Assembly (NCBI GenBank): GCA_043228905.1
Contig: JBHGNT010000021.1
Location: 6,448,001 to 6,512,000 of the forward strand
Reading direction: 5' to 3'
Length of the DNA: 64,000 bases
Origin: Azolla caroliniana
Taxonomy: Eukaryota > Plantae > Polypodiophyta
The notes beneath the pieces were generated by a model that saw nothing but the letters and a program-made list of their open reading frames with translations, was not told the DNA's origin and did not search any database. Of this stretch, positions 13,359 through 25,318 are shown in pieces. The translations under genes and the position numbers were made by a program. Position 1 is the stretch's first letter, and each line of letters starts with the position of its first letter.

Positions 13359-16300
13359 ATGCCTCCTGCTCCTCCCTTACGCTCCCTGATAACTCCTTTC
13401 TTCCTGCATTCCCCGTTCACCTCCACCTCCACCTCCACCTCCACCTCCTCTCCTCCCATCTCCATGCCTACCACTAACCATCCTCCTCCCTCTGACAAAT
13501 CATGGTTCCTTCCCTTTCCGCCTTCTTCATCCTCATCCTCTTCTTCTTTGAAGCTCATACTCTCGAGAGAAGCTCTCCTCGCCATCGCTTTTGCTGCTCT
13601 CATCACCCTCTCTTACCTCTGCCTCGCTTCCTCCCCGTCCAGCATCTTCTATCAGTCCTTCTTCCCTCTTCGCCACACCATCTTCCACGCTGACACTGGT
13701 AAATATGTGAAACTTTTCCAGCTCTATGCAGTCATGGTAAAATTCTTGCTTTTAGCATTATTAGCGACAAAGTCTCTCTCTCTCTCTCTCTGACGTTACT
13801 GGTAAAACTTGTGTCACAGACAATAATTATAAGGCTTTGTAACCACAGAAGATAAGTGGTTGATCTTGACTCGCAGACAAAAATGTTGAACCTTCTCTTA
13901 CAGGAAATGGTAGAGCTCCGTTCGGCACAGCCTTTATTGGTAAAAACAGTAGCCCATCTTCATTCGCAGAGATTGATGGTAAACCTTCTCTCACGGAAAT
14001 TGATGGTAATTCTTCATCCACAGACATTGAAGGTAGATCTTCGTTCACAGATGACAATGGGGAAACTTATATACCTTCTTTGAAAGACATTAATGGTGAA
14101 ACTTTGCTGATACCAGGAAATGGCCAAGCTTCTCTTAAAGCAGGAAATGCTGAACCTTTTTTTACACACGACAGTAACAGTGAAAATATGGTTTCTCGCA
14201 CGGGAAACAGTACATCGCTGCTGCGCACAAAGAACAAAGACGATGCCTCTTTTAACACAGATAAGAATGAATCATCCTCTCACAGTACAGATGACGATGA
14301 AGCGAACCTTGAATTAGTAAGTTTCTCTCAAATCTTAACGGGAAATTTAAAATGTCATTTCTTTCATCTTGATCAATGCGTTAAGTAAATCTCTAAAAAG
14401 ATTGTCAGAAATGGCAGAACTGAACTTTGAAAATATCTTCAGAAACGGATAAAGAATATCCATTGCAATTGGACTTTATTACTGGCTTGAGCTGCAAAGG
14501 AATTGGCAGAACTAAAAAAAAACTGAAACCTAAAAATGTCTGTAGAAATGCATAAAGAACTAGCCTCACAACGGAAATAATCTCATCAGATTATTTGTAG
14601 AAAAACGAGCTCAATGAGGTCTAAATGCTTCATCAAAGGATTCGTATGAGAAGAAATGGAAATAATCCGCTCAGATAGTTGCGGAATGAAGCGGAAGTTC
14701 CCTGGATGTATCATCAGTATGCCAATTGATCAGACAGATCTTTAAAAAAGTATAAAGAATCTCCTTGCATGTCTTATTTGGTCCAATAGACTGATTTTAT
14801 ACAGATTGTTCTAGAATGAAATGAGATCAAAGTTTGAAAAATACATCATCAGCCGATTCAAAAGTTGAACTTTCTTACACTGAAGGATAATTAAAAAACA
14901 CTGCGCAGATTCACAGAAAGAATTTCTCTTAACTTGTCTCACAATATCTCATCAGATAGTTGTCTAATGTAATGAGATCAATGCAGATTAGATCTTAGTG
15001 CCATTTACATGTTCCAATGTGACATGAAAGAAAATTTGAACTGTTTTGAAAGGATTCCATAAATAACCTCATCATATAATTATGTATATAGAATGAATGA
15101 AATCAAAACGTCACCAGATTGTTGTAGAATAAAATTAGAGCAAACCTCTATCAGATAGCTACATAGAATGAATGTGATCAAAGTCTTGTCATATAGTTAT
15201 ATAGAATGAAATGAGATCAGAACCTCATCAGGAAGTTCTTGAATGATATGAATCTGATCAATTTAGTCAAGATAATGCTGTTACTTACGTGTTCCTTTGT
15301 GTAAAATTATGGGACAATGGAGGAGGTGTTTGAGAAGGCATCCATGCTTAGGTCTAACCGCTATTATATAGGTGCATGGAATGAAATGAGATCAAAACCT
15401 TAAAATGACGTGAGTCTGGTCAATGAAAGTCAGATAATGCTGTTATATACAGGTTCCATTGTGTTACATAATGAAAGGACTGTTGAGGAGGGGTTTGAGA
15501 AGTTATCTTTGTCCAAATAGAAAAGCACATCACATAGTTACATAGAGTGAATGCAGTTAAAACTTTGTCTGATAGTTGTAAAATGAATGAGATCAGAGCT
15601 CAATCAGATAATTCAAACTTCAGATAGTCATAGAGAATCAATGAGATCAAAACCTCATCAAATATATATATAAAATGGAATGAGATCAGAACCTCATCAG
15701 GTTGTTTGTAGAAGGAGGTGAAATCAGAATTTATTAACTGCAGTCAGATAATGCTGCTAAATTTGCTACAGTATCGAAGACCAATTGATTAGGTTTCCAT
15801 GCTGAAATGGAAATAACCGCAGCAGATAGTAGTAACATAGAATGAATAAAATCAAAATCTCATTAAACTCTTACAGATTATCAGAGATCAAAACTTCATA
15901 GATAGGCATATAGAATAATTTTGATCGACGCTATTAGTTCCATGTGCGATACTTTCAAAACAATCGAAGATGAATTTCAAAATGCTTTCCATATCCAAGT
16001 GGAAGTAACTCATCAGATGAAATCAAATTTGCGAACTGCAGGTAAGATAGTGCTGTTATTCACCAGCTCCATTCTGTGAGAATGTAAAAAGGCAGTTAAG
16101 GAGATGCTTATATTTTGAGAAGGCTTACATGTCCAAATGGAAATAACCTCAAATACGTAGTTATAAGAATAAAGTTATATAAAATAAAGTCAGAAACTAC
16201 TGTTACATTTACGAGTTCCCTATTGTGACAGTATCAATTGACAGTTGAAGATTTGTTTGAGAAGGGCATTCATCTCCAAATAGCAATAACCTCATCAGAT

Positions 16301-17961
16301 ACTTATCTAGAATGAATGAGTTCAAAATCGCATATAGATAGTCATAAGAATGAAATAAGATCGAATTCTGCTGAACTCCAGTTCAGTAATGCTGTTAAAA
16401 TTTACGAGCTCTCCATTGTGTCACAGTATCAAAGGACAATCGAAGATGTGTTTAAGAAGGCATCCATGTCCAGCAGAACTGTGATCCTGACAACTTTGAA
16501 TGCAGCATGGGCTGAAAAAGATACCATGGTTGATATGTTTTTAGAGAGCTTCGAGAATGGAGAAGGTACTCAGAAACTTCTCCAACATCTTATAATTGTG
16601 TGTCTGGACCAGAAGGCATATGAAAGATGCTTGGAAATACATAGTCATTGCCTCAAAATAAAAACCGGAGGTATCAACTTTGCGGGAGAGCAACGTTTGC
16701 TGAGTGAAGATTACATCAAGATGATATGGAGAAGGATTAAGTTCTTAAAGACGGTTCTGGAAATGGATTATAGCTTCATTTTTACGGTTAGCTTTTGCCA
16801 CTCTCTACTGATAGTTCACTTGTGAAATAAAGAAATCTCTTAATATTCTTTGTTATTTGTCCTATGCTACTAAGTTTTCTTTATAAACATTGACTCTACA
16901 GAGGTAGAGCAATCTATTGATTTTGGTTTAGGAAGCATTTTTTTGAAACCCCGTAAAAAGAGATAAACAGAATAAGCGTTAAGTATCTCATGTTCTATAG
17001 TAATCAATCATAGCTGTAGTTATAAGTCCGTCTGTATAGCTTATTGCATGTCTTTTTTCGCTATTGTAGTTTTTCTCATCCTCTGAAATGAATCTCTGCC
17101 AATGAATCATGCTTTGCTGTTAACATCGTGCTTTATTGAGTCTTTCAAGACTCCATAGGATTGTTCCTATCACTATGAAATTGCTTTCACGGATAAATTT
17201 TGGATGATTGTAAAATAGGCACCTTTGAGTAGTAAAACATGCAAAACCGCCTTGCATTTTATTTGAATGTTTTGCAATTGCTAGTCTTGAATAGTAAATA
17301 CATCGTAACTTTATCCTTCTGTGTCCTCTTTGTTGATTTTTTACAGGATACAGACATTCTCTGGTTCCGAGATCCTTTTCCTCTGTTGCTTAAGAACGCA
17401 GATGATTTTCAAATTGCATGTGATCGATTTAATGGAAGGCCATTGGACGTAAGGAACAAACCTAATGCAGGTTTCACATTTGTCCGGGCAAACGAAAAGA
17501 CAGTGAAATTCTATGATTATTGGTACAATGAAAGGAGTAGGGGCCCCAAATTAGCTGATCAAGAGGTTTTCAATCTCATAAAGCAAGAAGGTATTTTTCA
17601 AAAGATTGGCATGAGTGTGAGGTTTTTAGATACACAATATTTTGGAGGATTTTGTGGTATTAGGTTCACTGACATGAACAAGGCCCTAACAATGCATGCT
17701 ACTTGCTGTAAAGGCTTGAGAAACAAGCTTCATGACCTTAGAATAATTCTTGATGGGTGGAAAGGATGGAAACAAGTGAAACCTCAAGGAAAATCATCAT
17801 CCACAAAATTGACGTCAATGTTAGATCTTGATTCAAATGTACACCAAGAGCAAAATATTGAAAGGAACCCGATACCTTTGGTTACAACTAATATGTCATC
17901 AGGCTTGGATGCTCAGTTTCAGGTGCCACAAACTTGTCTACGCTCAATACGAGAACATTAG
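13359..17961 (+). CDS. Nucleotide-diphospho-sugar transferase family protein (Nucleotid_trans / GT77-like type II membrane glycosyltransferase), 4 exons
   Basis: Exons 13359-13698, 13877-14316, 16427-16786 and 17347-17961, all with GT..AG introns in matching phase (1, 0, 0). Signal anchor ALLAIAFAALITLSYLCLA; family motifs RTVILTTLNAAWA, YIKMIWRRIKFLKTVLEMDYSFIFT|DTDILWFRDPF (DxD), DFQIACD, PNAGFTFVRAN, HATCCKGLRNKLHDLR. Alternative start at 13290. Confidence 0.92.
14400..16470 (+). repeat. Degenerate tandem repeat array filling intron 2, unit includes the 3' splice region and first ~45 nt of exon 3
   Basis: GATAATGCTGTTA-like motifs at ~15271, 15433, 15747, 16046, 16193 and 16386; TTTGAGAAGGCATCCATG-like motifs at ~15329, 15494, 16114, 16256 and in exon 3 (16451); many ~36-nt subrepeats ATCAGATAGTT..TAGAATGAAATGAGATCAAAACCTC. 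Confidence 0.85.
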
Positions 17962-19517
17962 CTACTTCCATTCGATGGATGCTACTTTTGTATATATGGT
18001 GGAGAAAAGGTTGTGCATTTGTTTATTTATCATCACCTAATGAAGTGTCATTGCATACTTGGACTACTTTGTTGATGACCGACCATCTATAGTTCTTTCT
18101 CTTGTCATGCGTTGATCTCTTTGAGGGTAGTATATCTCTCCATCACATTTGCCATGTTTGTGTAGTTTATGGGTAGATTTAAAGCCTAAGTTCAGGAGAG
18201 TACATCATAATCTCTCACGAACGTGCATAATGATTTTGTGTAGTTTATCCATCACATCTGTCATGTTTGTGTAGTTCTTGGATAGACATTTAAAGCCTAA
18301 GTTTTGGGAGAGTATCATAATGGCTCGTGAGCCTGTATTGATTTTGCGTCAAACATATGATATAATTGTAAAACCCTCATTAATTGAACATTGATATTGC
18401 AAGTCATGTTATAGAAAGGAAAGTCCATTCAGAGCGGGAAGGTTGAAATTTGCTTGCCCTTGTCAAAACGTGGAGAGATTTGGCCAAGACAAAGATTATC
18501 CATTCCTTTTCAATGTTTTTCTTGTCGTTTCACAAAAAGGGGAGGTTTAGCCAAAAGGTTGTTCAAACAATGAGCTGAGATTGAATATACCCTTATTGGT
18601 TTTCACGAAGGATGGAGATCATGGCCTAAAAACAAGCGTGCACATATATAAGCTTCCCAATTTTAAGTGAAATAATGAGAGATTGGGTTAAGCAATATGG
18701 GTTCCTTCATTGGAAGGCGTTCTTCAAAAATTTCTTTGCATTTGTGTTTCGACATGAGACAAGACGCTTTTATTTAAAGATGTTCCCAAATTTGTGCTGG
18801 AAAAGACAAGTTTGATACTGGCACTAAACACGAGTGGCAAGCTTTGCAAAACACGTTTTTTCATTCGAGATGAAGTATTTTTCCCAAAACAAAATCTAAG
18901 GTCTAAGTAAATCTATTATAGAGTCAATGGATTTGCCAAGATGTTGAAGTATCAATGTTTTGTGGTTCCATTTGACTCAAAATACCTGGATGTAAATGTC
19001 GAATAAGGCCTGCATTAAAGATGAAGTTATTTGAATTTTCTTGCACATTTTGACTCCCAACACATGGATGTAAGTGTTTAAGGTTTCCATTAAAGATGGA
19101 AGTTACTTGTTTCCCTAACAAAGACCCAATGTTACATTTACCGAGGGCCTTGATACCGACACACCCCAAGTGAAGCTATGTTCTCAATTGAACATGCATC
19201 TCTTTTTAAATTGTAATTGGAGTTTCCTTTGGAAAAACAAGAACTCATGTAAAGATATCTCCCATAACCATGGATTCTCATAGGAGTTTCATCACACAGC
19301 ATTATTTGATCACACACATGAAACATTATACCTTACCTGCACCTATGATCCAAACTTGCTCAAAATACCAGAAGAAAATAAAGGAAAATAAAATTCACTA
19401 GCCATGTATGTACATGGAGAAAAGTGTTAAGTATCATAAATATACAAAAGGGTTGCTAAACTAAAAGGCTTGTAAAAGAGTATGTGGAAGTTTCCATGAA
19501 GTCTTCTTTGCAAAATC

Positions 19518-20003
19518 TTAGAAAATGAGAGGCTGTAATGGCACAGTTCGTCTCAGTGCAAGGTTAGGGTTTTGATCTCTGCATGTGTGATCACTATGAT
19601 GAGGTTTGAGGGAGAGGAGAGGGGCTAACATGCTTTCGATAAGAGCATCATTCTGCTGTTTTTGATGAACAGTAGATGTGGGGGACATGAGCTCAGTGTA
19701 TTGCTTCTTTGTAATCACCACCCTCACCTTCACTATGCCACTCAATTCACTACTCTCTTTCATATGCAGCTCCTCCGACATGTTGTGGCTAGTAAGGGGT
19801 TGCTCCTTCTCAGAAGAGGAGATTAACTCCACCTCATCAGCAAACCTCACCTTCTTTATGACTGTTTTCTCACATGCTTTGTGCTCATGAGGACTTAGGG
19901 GGTATCCAAATTGCTGACCATTAGTGGACGTCTCCATGACTACTTTCACACTCTCAACCACTTCACCTTCATCTCCATAGAAACAGGCTGGGCAGTTACC
20001 CAT
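19518..20003 (-). CDS. Single-exon PADRE/DUF4228-related small plant protein (161 aa)
   Basis: N-terminal MGNC (myristoylation/S-acylation type), KKVRF motif, and family-like GIVKVRVVITKKQYTELM. TATA-like TATATATA ~70 nt upstream. Confidence 0.7.
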   Translation of the reverse strand: MGNCPACFYGDEGEVVESVKVVMETSTNGQQFGYPLSPHEHKACEKTVIKKVRFADEVELISSSEKEQPLTSHNMSEELHMKESSELSGIVKVRVVITKKQYTELMSPTSTVHQKQQNDALIESMLAPLLSLKPHHSDHTCRDQNPNLALRRTVPLQPLIF

Positions 20004-20070
20004 GGATCAGAAGGTGGGGTGGGGGGGGGGGGAAGGAGGGAGATCTGAGGCAGAGAGAGAGAGATTGAGA

Positions 20071-20160
20071 GCTATATATAAAGAGAGGAAAGAATAATGA
20101 ATGCATGCATACATAAGGTGAAGATACATATATGTAGATAGGAGGTGCATAAGCCACGTG
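20071..20160 (-). promoter_or_regulatory. Candidate core promoter of the PADRE-like gene (TATA box and G-box)
   Basis: TATATATA at 20073-20080 and CACGTG at 20155-20160, upstream of the ATG at 20003. Confidence 0.4.
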
Positions 20161-23100
20161 TGAAAAAGATGGTGGGGTATGACTAGTATACTCTATTTTT
20201 TTTTTGGGTGGTGGGGTCTATACTCTGTTTTTGGGTCCTTACATTATAAGCAGAGCCATGGCACCTACTCCACTATACATAGCTAGCTAAGCAATTTGAA
20301 CATTGAAATCATTAGCTCAACCTAAATGCCTCACATATCAATCTTTTGCTTAGTTTGGCCCAAAACTTCCAAACCTCCATCTTCCTTATCTGTATCTTCA
20401 ATGTTCGGAAAACCTTTCAGCTCTTCAAGTGATTTTTTGAGAACAAAACGGTTAAATCCTTCAATTTGAACAACTTGGATCCAGAAAAGCAATTGTTTTA
20501 GCATTCTATAAGCTTCATATAAGGACCCGTTACATTTCTATGGATCGTCGTAATGATGCAGGCTCCATTATTCCATCGAGAATGTCTGTTAGATTTCGAG
20601 TTTGAGACTCCGTTTTTCTTTTCATAAGTATCATGATTGTTTTCGCACACCTATTCACCCACCCCATCCCTTTTAGATGAGTGAGCGTTGGAGTTGTTGA
20701 CAAGGAAAGAATTTCAATTAGATGAAAAATGTGGAAGCCAAAATGCAAGATTCTAAGAAAGAATGGAGAACGAGAGAATGGAGAATGGAGAACTTAAGAA
20801 GACAGACTTTTGTTTTCGGGAAAACCAAGTTGCTTTAGGTGTTATCAACAAACATTCATTATTAGAACTCTGAATTGGACACCCTATTTTGATTTTAAAG
20901 CAGCACATGTTAGAAACTTTTGAAAATGTGGTACATTTCATTAGAGAGGTGTGAGGAATATATTCCATCTCCTCTTGTGTGTGTGATTGAGAGCTACCTA
21001 TATCTACATAGATTATGAGTATAGCTACAAAACATTTCATATAACTATAGGATGTTGTTTGTTATAGTGGGATGCATAAGTAGGGACAAAAAATGCCTAG
21101 GAGGATTTCCGTCCTACTTTGAAACTAGATTCGTCTCACAAAGTTATGGCAAAATTTTTGAGAAATTAAATGTGTAAATTAGATGGCATGTTCATGACTT
21201 GAGAGTCATTGTAACATGATCAAAGTTAGATATATACATAGTCATCCTTGCTACATGCACGCAAATATTAGTCGTTACCTATGAAATACTACACGAGAAA
21301 GAATGATCAAGGGAATATTTGATTGAATAATGAAGAAAAGCAATAGAATCCATAAATGATTAAAACCATTATGTGGATAATCACATGATTGTGTTAACTT
21401 TTCATTATTAATTTTTTAGAAACAAGACAAAGGAATTAGAATTTTCTATTTTCCTTGGGAAAAAAGGACTACACTAACAGGAAGGAGTGACCTTTGGATG
21501 CACCTAGAAAGAATAAGAGTAATATCATAAAAGCAATCATTTATAACATAACATGAATGCAAATTCTGGGAAACGAGCTACATTCCCAATTGGCTACATA
21601 TGACACATATGGTTTCATCTAACAATTGAGGATTAGCCAAGGTTGGGAAGGGCTACACAACATCATGTCTAATGCGACACAAAACATTGGATTGAAGTCA
21701 CATTCACAATTTGTGCTCTAACAACAACCCGAACTGAGTGTTTGTGTTTGCATGTGACAACAGGGGATGCCATTGCCCTAAGACAAGGAGGAAAATTAGA
21801 GGTTTGCCACCATTTTTGATGGGCGACACTTCTTTTGACACAAAATTACAATTGGTGCGAATTTGAACTTTTTGGGCTCAACACCATGACACACTCTACC
21901 CAATAGATTTTCTTCATAGAAGATGTAACATGCTTCTCTTTTATAATCACTTAAAGTAGGCATTTTAAATTTTGCAAATATTCAAGCATATATATCTTTT
22001 AGACATTGTGGAAAGGTGAGTTTGCAAATAACACTGTGAAAAAACAACAAAATGCTACCTCTTTTAAAAGTTGAAATTCTATTTCCAAATAATAAGGTTT
22101 ATATTGGAGAGAACTTTTAAAGTTTATATTACAAGTGGTGGCCCCCTATTTCAACAAGTTGGTATCAATTAGTGTGCAATGTACGAAATGAAGACAATAA
22201 AAGTGTTGTCATAAAGTGAAGAAGGTGCATTTGAAGTTGAAAGTAAAAGAAAGATGGTGGAATAGAATGGTGCAGTGAAAAGGTGATCTAAAGGAGGTTT
22301 GCATGGGGACAATATAAGCATAAGCTGAATTAGAGAGCATAAGAGATGGTATGATATAGATTTGGTATTTCTAGTTTGAGCCCCATGATGAAAACCCATA
22401 CAAATTAATTATTTGTTACAATTCCACAAATATATGTATTCGAGTTATTAGATATATTAAACTCAGGTGTAGTGTTTCAATCGTGTTAAGAAAAAGGTTC
22501 GAGCATAGTTCATGTATCAATGTCATATATTGATAGAAAATACAAGGCCCTCAAAATCATTTTCACAACAATGAAAGAAAGTTTATGTTACTTGCTTCAA
22601 ACAAAAAATGCTTGCAACTCAACTTATTGGTCAAGCACTCTTATCAGTCATCATTTAGATTCCACCACACTATTTGCATCCCATTTTGATCTTTGATGAG
22701 TTCTTTCTCTATGGGCCACTCAGAGTTACCTTTTTACAAGGACCACTTAGACTTATAATATCCACTTCTTTATAGAAATTCAAATGTCATAACAAGTTAT
22801 GCATAAAATGTTATTGAGCAACAAGGTTATTACACAAGAAACGATTATTACAAGGAGCAACCTGATATACACCGGAAAACATAGCTATCAAGAAGATAGA
22901 TTGAATGCTCATAGAAAAGAACTTTTAATGCAATTGATTGAGGCAAAGTTCAAAGAAATTTGAGTATGCTATATAGAAACCTTGATTTGTAAAGTTTTAG
23001 ACCACTCTTTCTCTTTTACTGGATGTTTCTCGTGGCAATGGGCTAGGGAATTCAATTGGGGGAAGAAGCATGTTAAATTTTGTTTTCTAGTTTGTTCTAA

Positions 23101-24346
23101 AGAAAACCCATATCGCTTTCGTTGATATCAATGTCTAATTGAGTTCAGCAGCTTGCTAGCCGTGTCTTGATGCTTGTTGAAAAATAGTAGGTTTTGTCAT
23201 GCAGTCGTTTGCTGTTATGTGGACAATGACTGCCCCACCTTTTTTTATCTATGGTGTCACATAATATGCCAAATATATATGAAAACGACTTGTAAATAGT
23301 AGAGTATCTATAGATACTCAAAGTCTACATAGCCTGATTTGTATATGCGATTCACCTAACTAATGGGAAGCGATTTTTTCTCAGAAAAATAGAAAATCCA
23401 TAACAATGATAACATTAACTTGAGAAACTAATACCACCTTCCAAACTTTCATGACCCCCCTTCTTGTTTTCTTAAGGTTTGAAACCTTGAAAATGCAAAC
23501 CAAACCTTAGCTAAAATGCCCTTACAAAGGGGAATTATGAAAAAATGTAGCAAAAATGGTTGCCTAATTTTGTTTCTCTCATGGTTAAAAAGAAAAATAA
23601 AGAAGGGGGATAGAAAAAGTGTGTGCGCATGCATTTTTTGAGTCTAAGAGAAAAACATAATTGTAATTTGTAAGTTACAATTTATCTATGTCTCTTTTGA
23701 ACGAAAAGCAACAAATGTCACCACACATTAATGTCTTGTATCACTAACTAAATACCCATCTAGGAAAAGCAAAAGTCCAAGATAAAGCCACTCACATTTT
23801 AGCAACAATTGTGATAAGTTAGGAATGTATGTCTTGTGTTATGCTATCAATGGTTTGATGTAGACATGGCTCTTTGCTAGATGAGATGTCATGTCTAACA
23901 CATGTTTTTCATTAGTCTTTGAGTGCCATGCAGTTATTGAAAATCGACATCCCAAATTTCTCTATATGCACCTCCATGATGGTTGTAAATTTAAATGATA
24001 TGAGTTACCTCTAAATGGCTATTGCTTGTTGGAATAATCAATATAGGTTTTGAATCAACTCAAGGGCCTCAATGGAACTATAAACTTCCGTGGACCCTTT
24101 CTTGATTAACAGTGAAGCACGACAGAATGCAACAATATTTTTTATTTTTTACCTTTTACAAAGTTCTATCTTTGGTCTTAGGATTATCATATATCATTGT
24201 ACATGAAATTTGTAAGCTTAGCACACATAAGCTTAAGTTGTAGCATTCACATGTTTTTCATAATACTAATGAGGAAAATCTTCGAAGAAAAATAAATAAA
24301 AAAATAAACAATATATATATAGGTTTTGAATCACAACTATGTTGTG

Positions 24347-25318
24347 ACATTGGGCATCCCCGATGAGGCGCTCACTACCTTCTGGAAGGGTCTTTGGCGT
24401 CTCCACATGCCTGAAAAGATTAAGCTCTTTTGGTGGCAGATTGGTCATAATGTGGTGCCCGTTGGCGAATGGTTAGATGAACGTGGTGGCCCGTTAGGCT
24501 GCCCACTGTGCTCTCTACCTATTGAGTCTCTGAGACATTGTTTGTGGGATTGCCCTCAAGCTCAAAAGGTATGGGATAGAGTGACTCGCCTCCTTGTGGC
24601 ATGTGAAGTTGAAGGAACAGCCTCATGGAGTGCTGCGGCATGGATTGATCACTCGGTCGAAGGGTGGACGGACGCCGTCAACGCGGATAGTTGGTGCTAT
24701 GTATGCACGAGAGGCAAAATCGTCAAGATCCGTTTTGAAAGAGGCTTGCAACCCGCATCCCCTAGGTTTCCGGAAATCTGGATGTTGATCGCAGGTTTCA
24801 CCTTGTGGTATATATGGAAAGCGCGTTGCCTCAAGGTCTTCCAAGGTACGGTACGGCCCCCGGAGGAAATGATCATGGACATATGGTTCGCGCTTATCAG
24901 CTGCCTACGAGGGCAACTAGAAGAGGTTTGCAGCCACTCCAACGACGTGACCACTGCCCGTTTGCGCTTTTGGCAGAAATGGCGGAACACACCTATGGTG
25001 ATGCAAGGTGGGAGTGGCCCGAGGTGGAACTACCAGCCCCCACGTTGGTTGTTTCCTACTCACCTGCCACCCTCTCTTCGGTGTAGGCCCCAAGAGCCGA
25101 CTCGTACTAGGCAACATTGAAGGGCATCGCCTTGGATACAGGTAGCTTCTTACATTAAGTTAGGCCGCAAGGCAATGTAAGTGGCTCATCTTCTTTGGCT
25201 TGATCGGAGGAAGTCTCCCCGATGTGTGTATAAGTCTCCTTATAGACTCTATGTAATAATCCTTCCTAACTAATGGGAAAGTAGCTTTACTTTGGAAAAA
25301 AAAAAAAAAAAAAAAAAA
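24347..25318 (+). mobile_element. 5'-truncated L1-clade LINE with poly(A) tail and TSD
   Basis: Open ORF2 C-terminus with zf-RVT (WRLHMPEKIKLFWWQ...CPLC...ESLRHCLWDC), stop at 25120, A23 tail at 25296-25318, TSD AACTATGTTGTG at 24335-24346 and 25317-25328. Confidence 0.95.

Noticed and set aside
14400-16400. CRISPR-like regularly spaced repeats
   Set aside because: Eukaryotic intron, degenerate repeats with related rather than unique spacers, and no cas genes.
16316-16426. ORF-track start MSSKSHIDSHK as a gene start
   Set aside because: It is the last intronic repeat unit upstream of the AG acceptor at 16425-16426; phase-consistent splicing from exon 2 explains the gene better.
18970-19110. 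Degenerate ~75-bp duplication and short ORFs between the two convergent genes
   Set aside because: No coding signature or recognisable family; likely a neutral local duplication.
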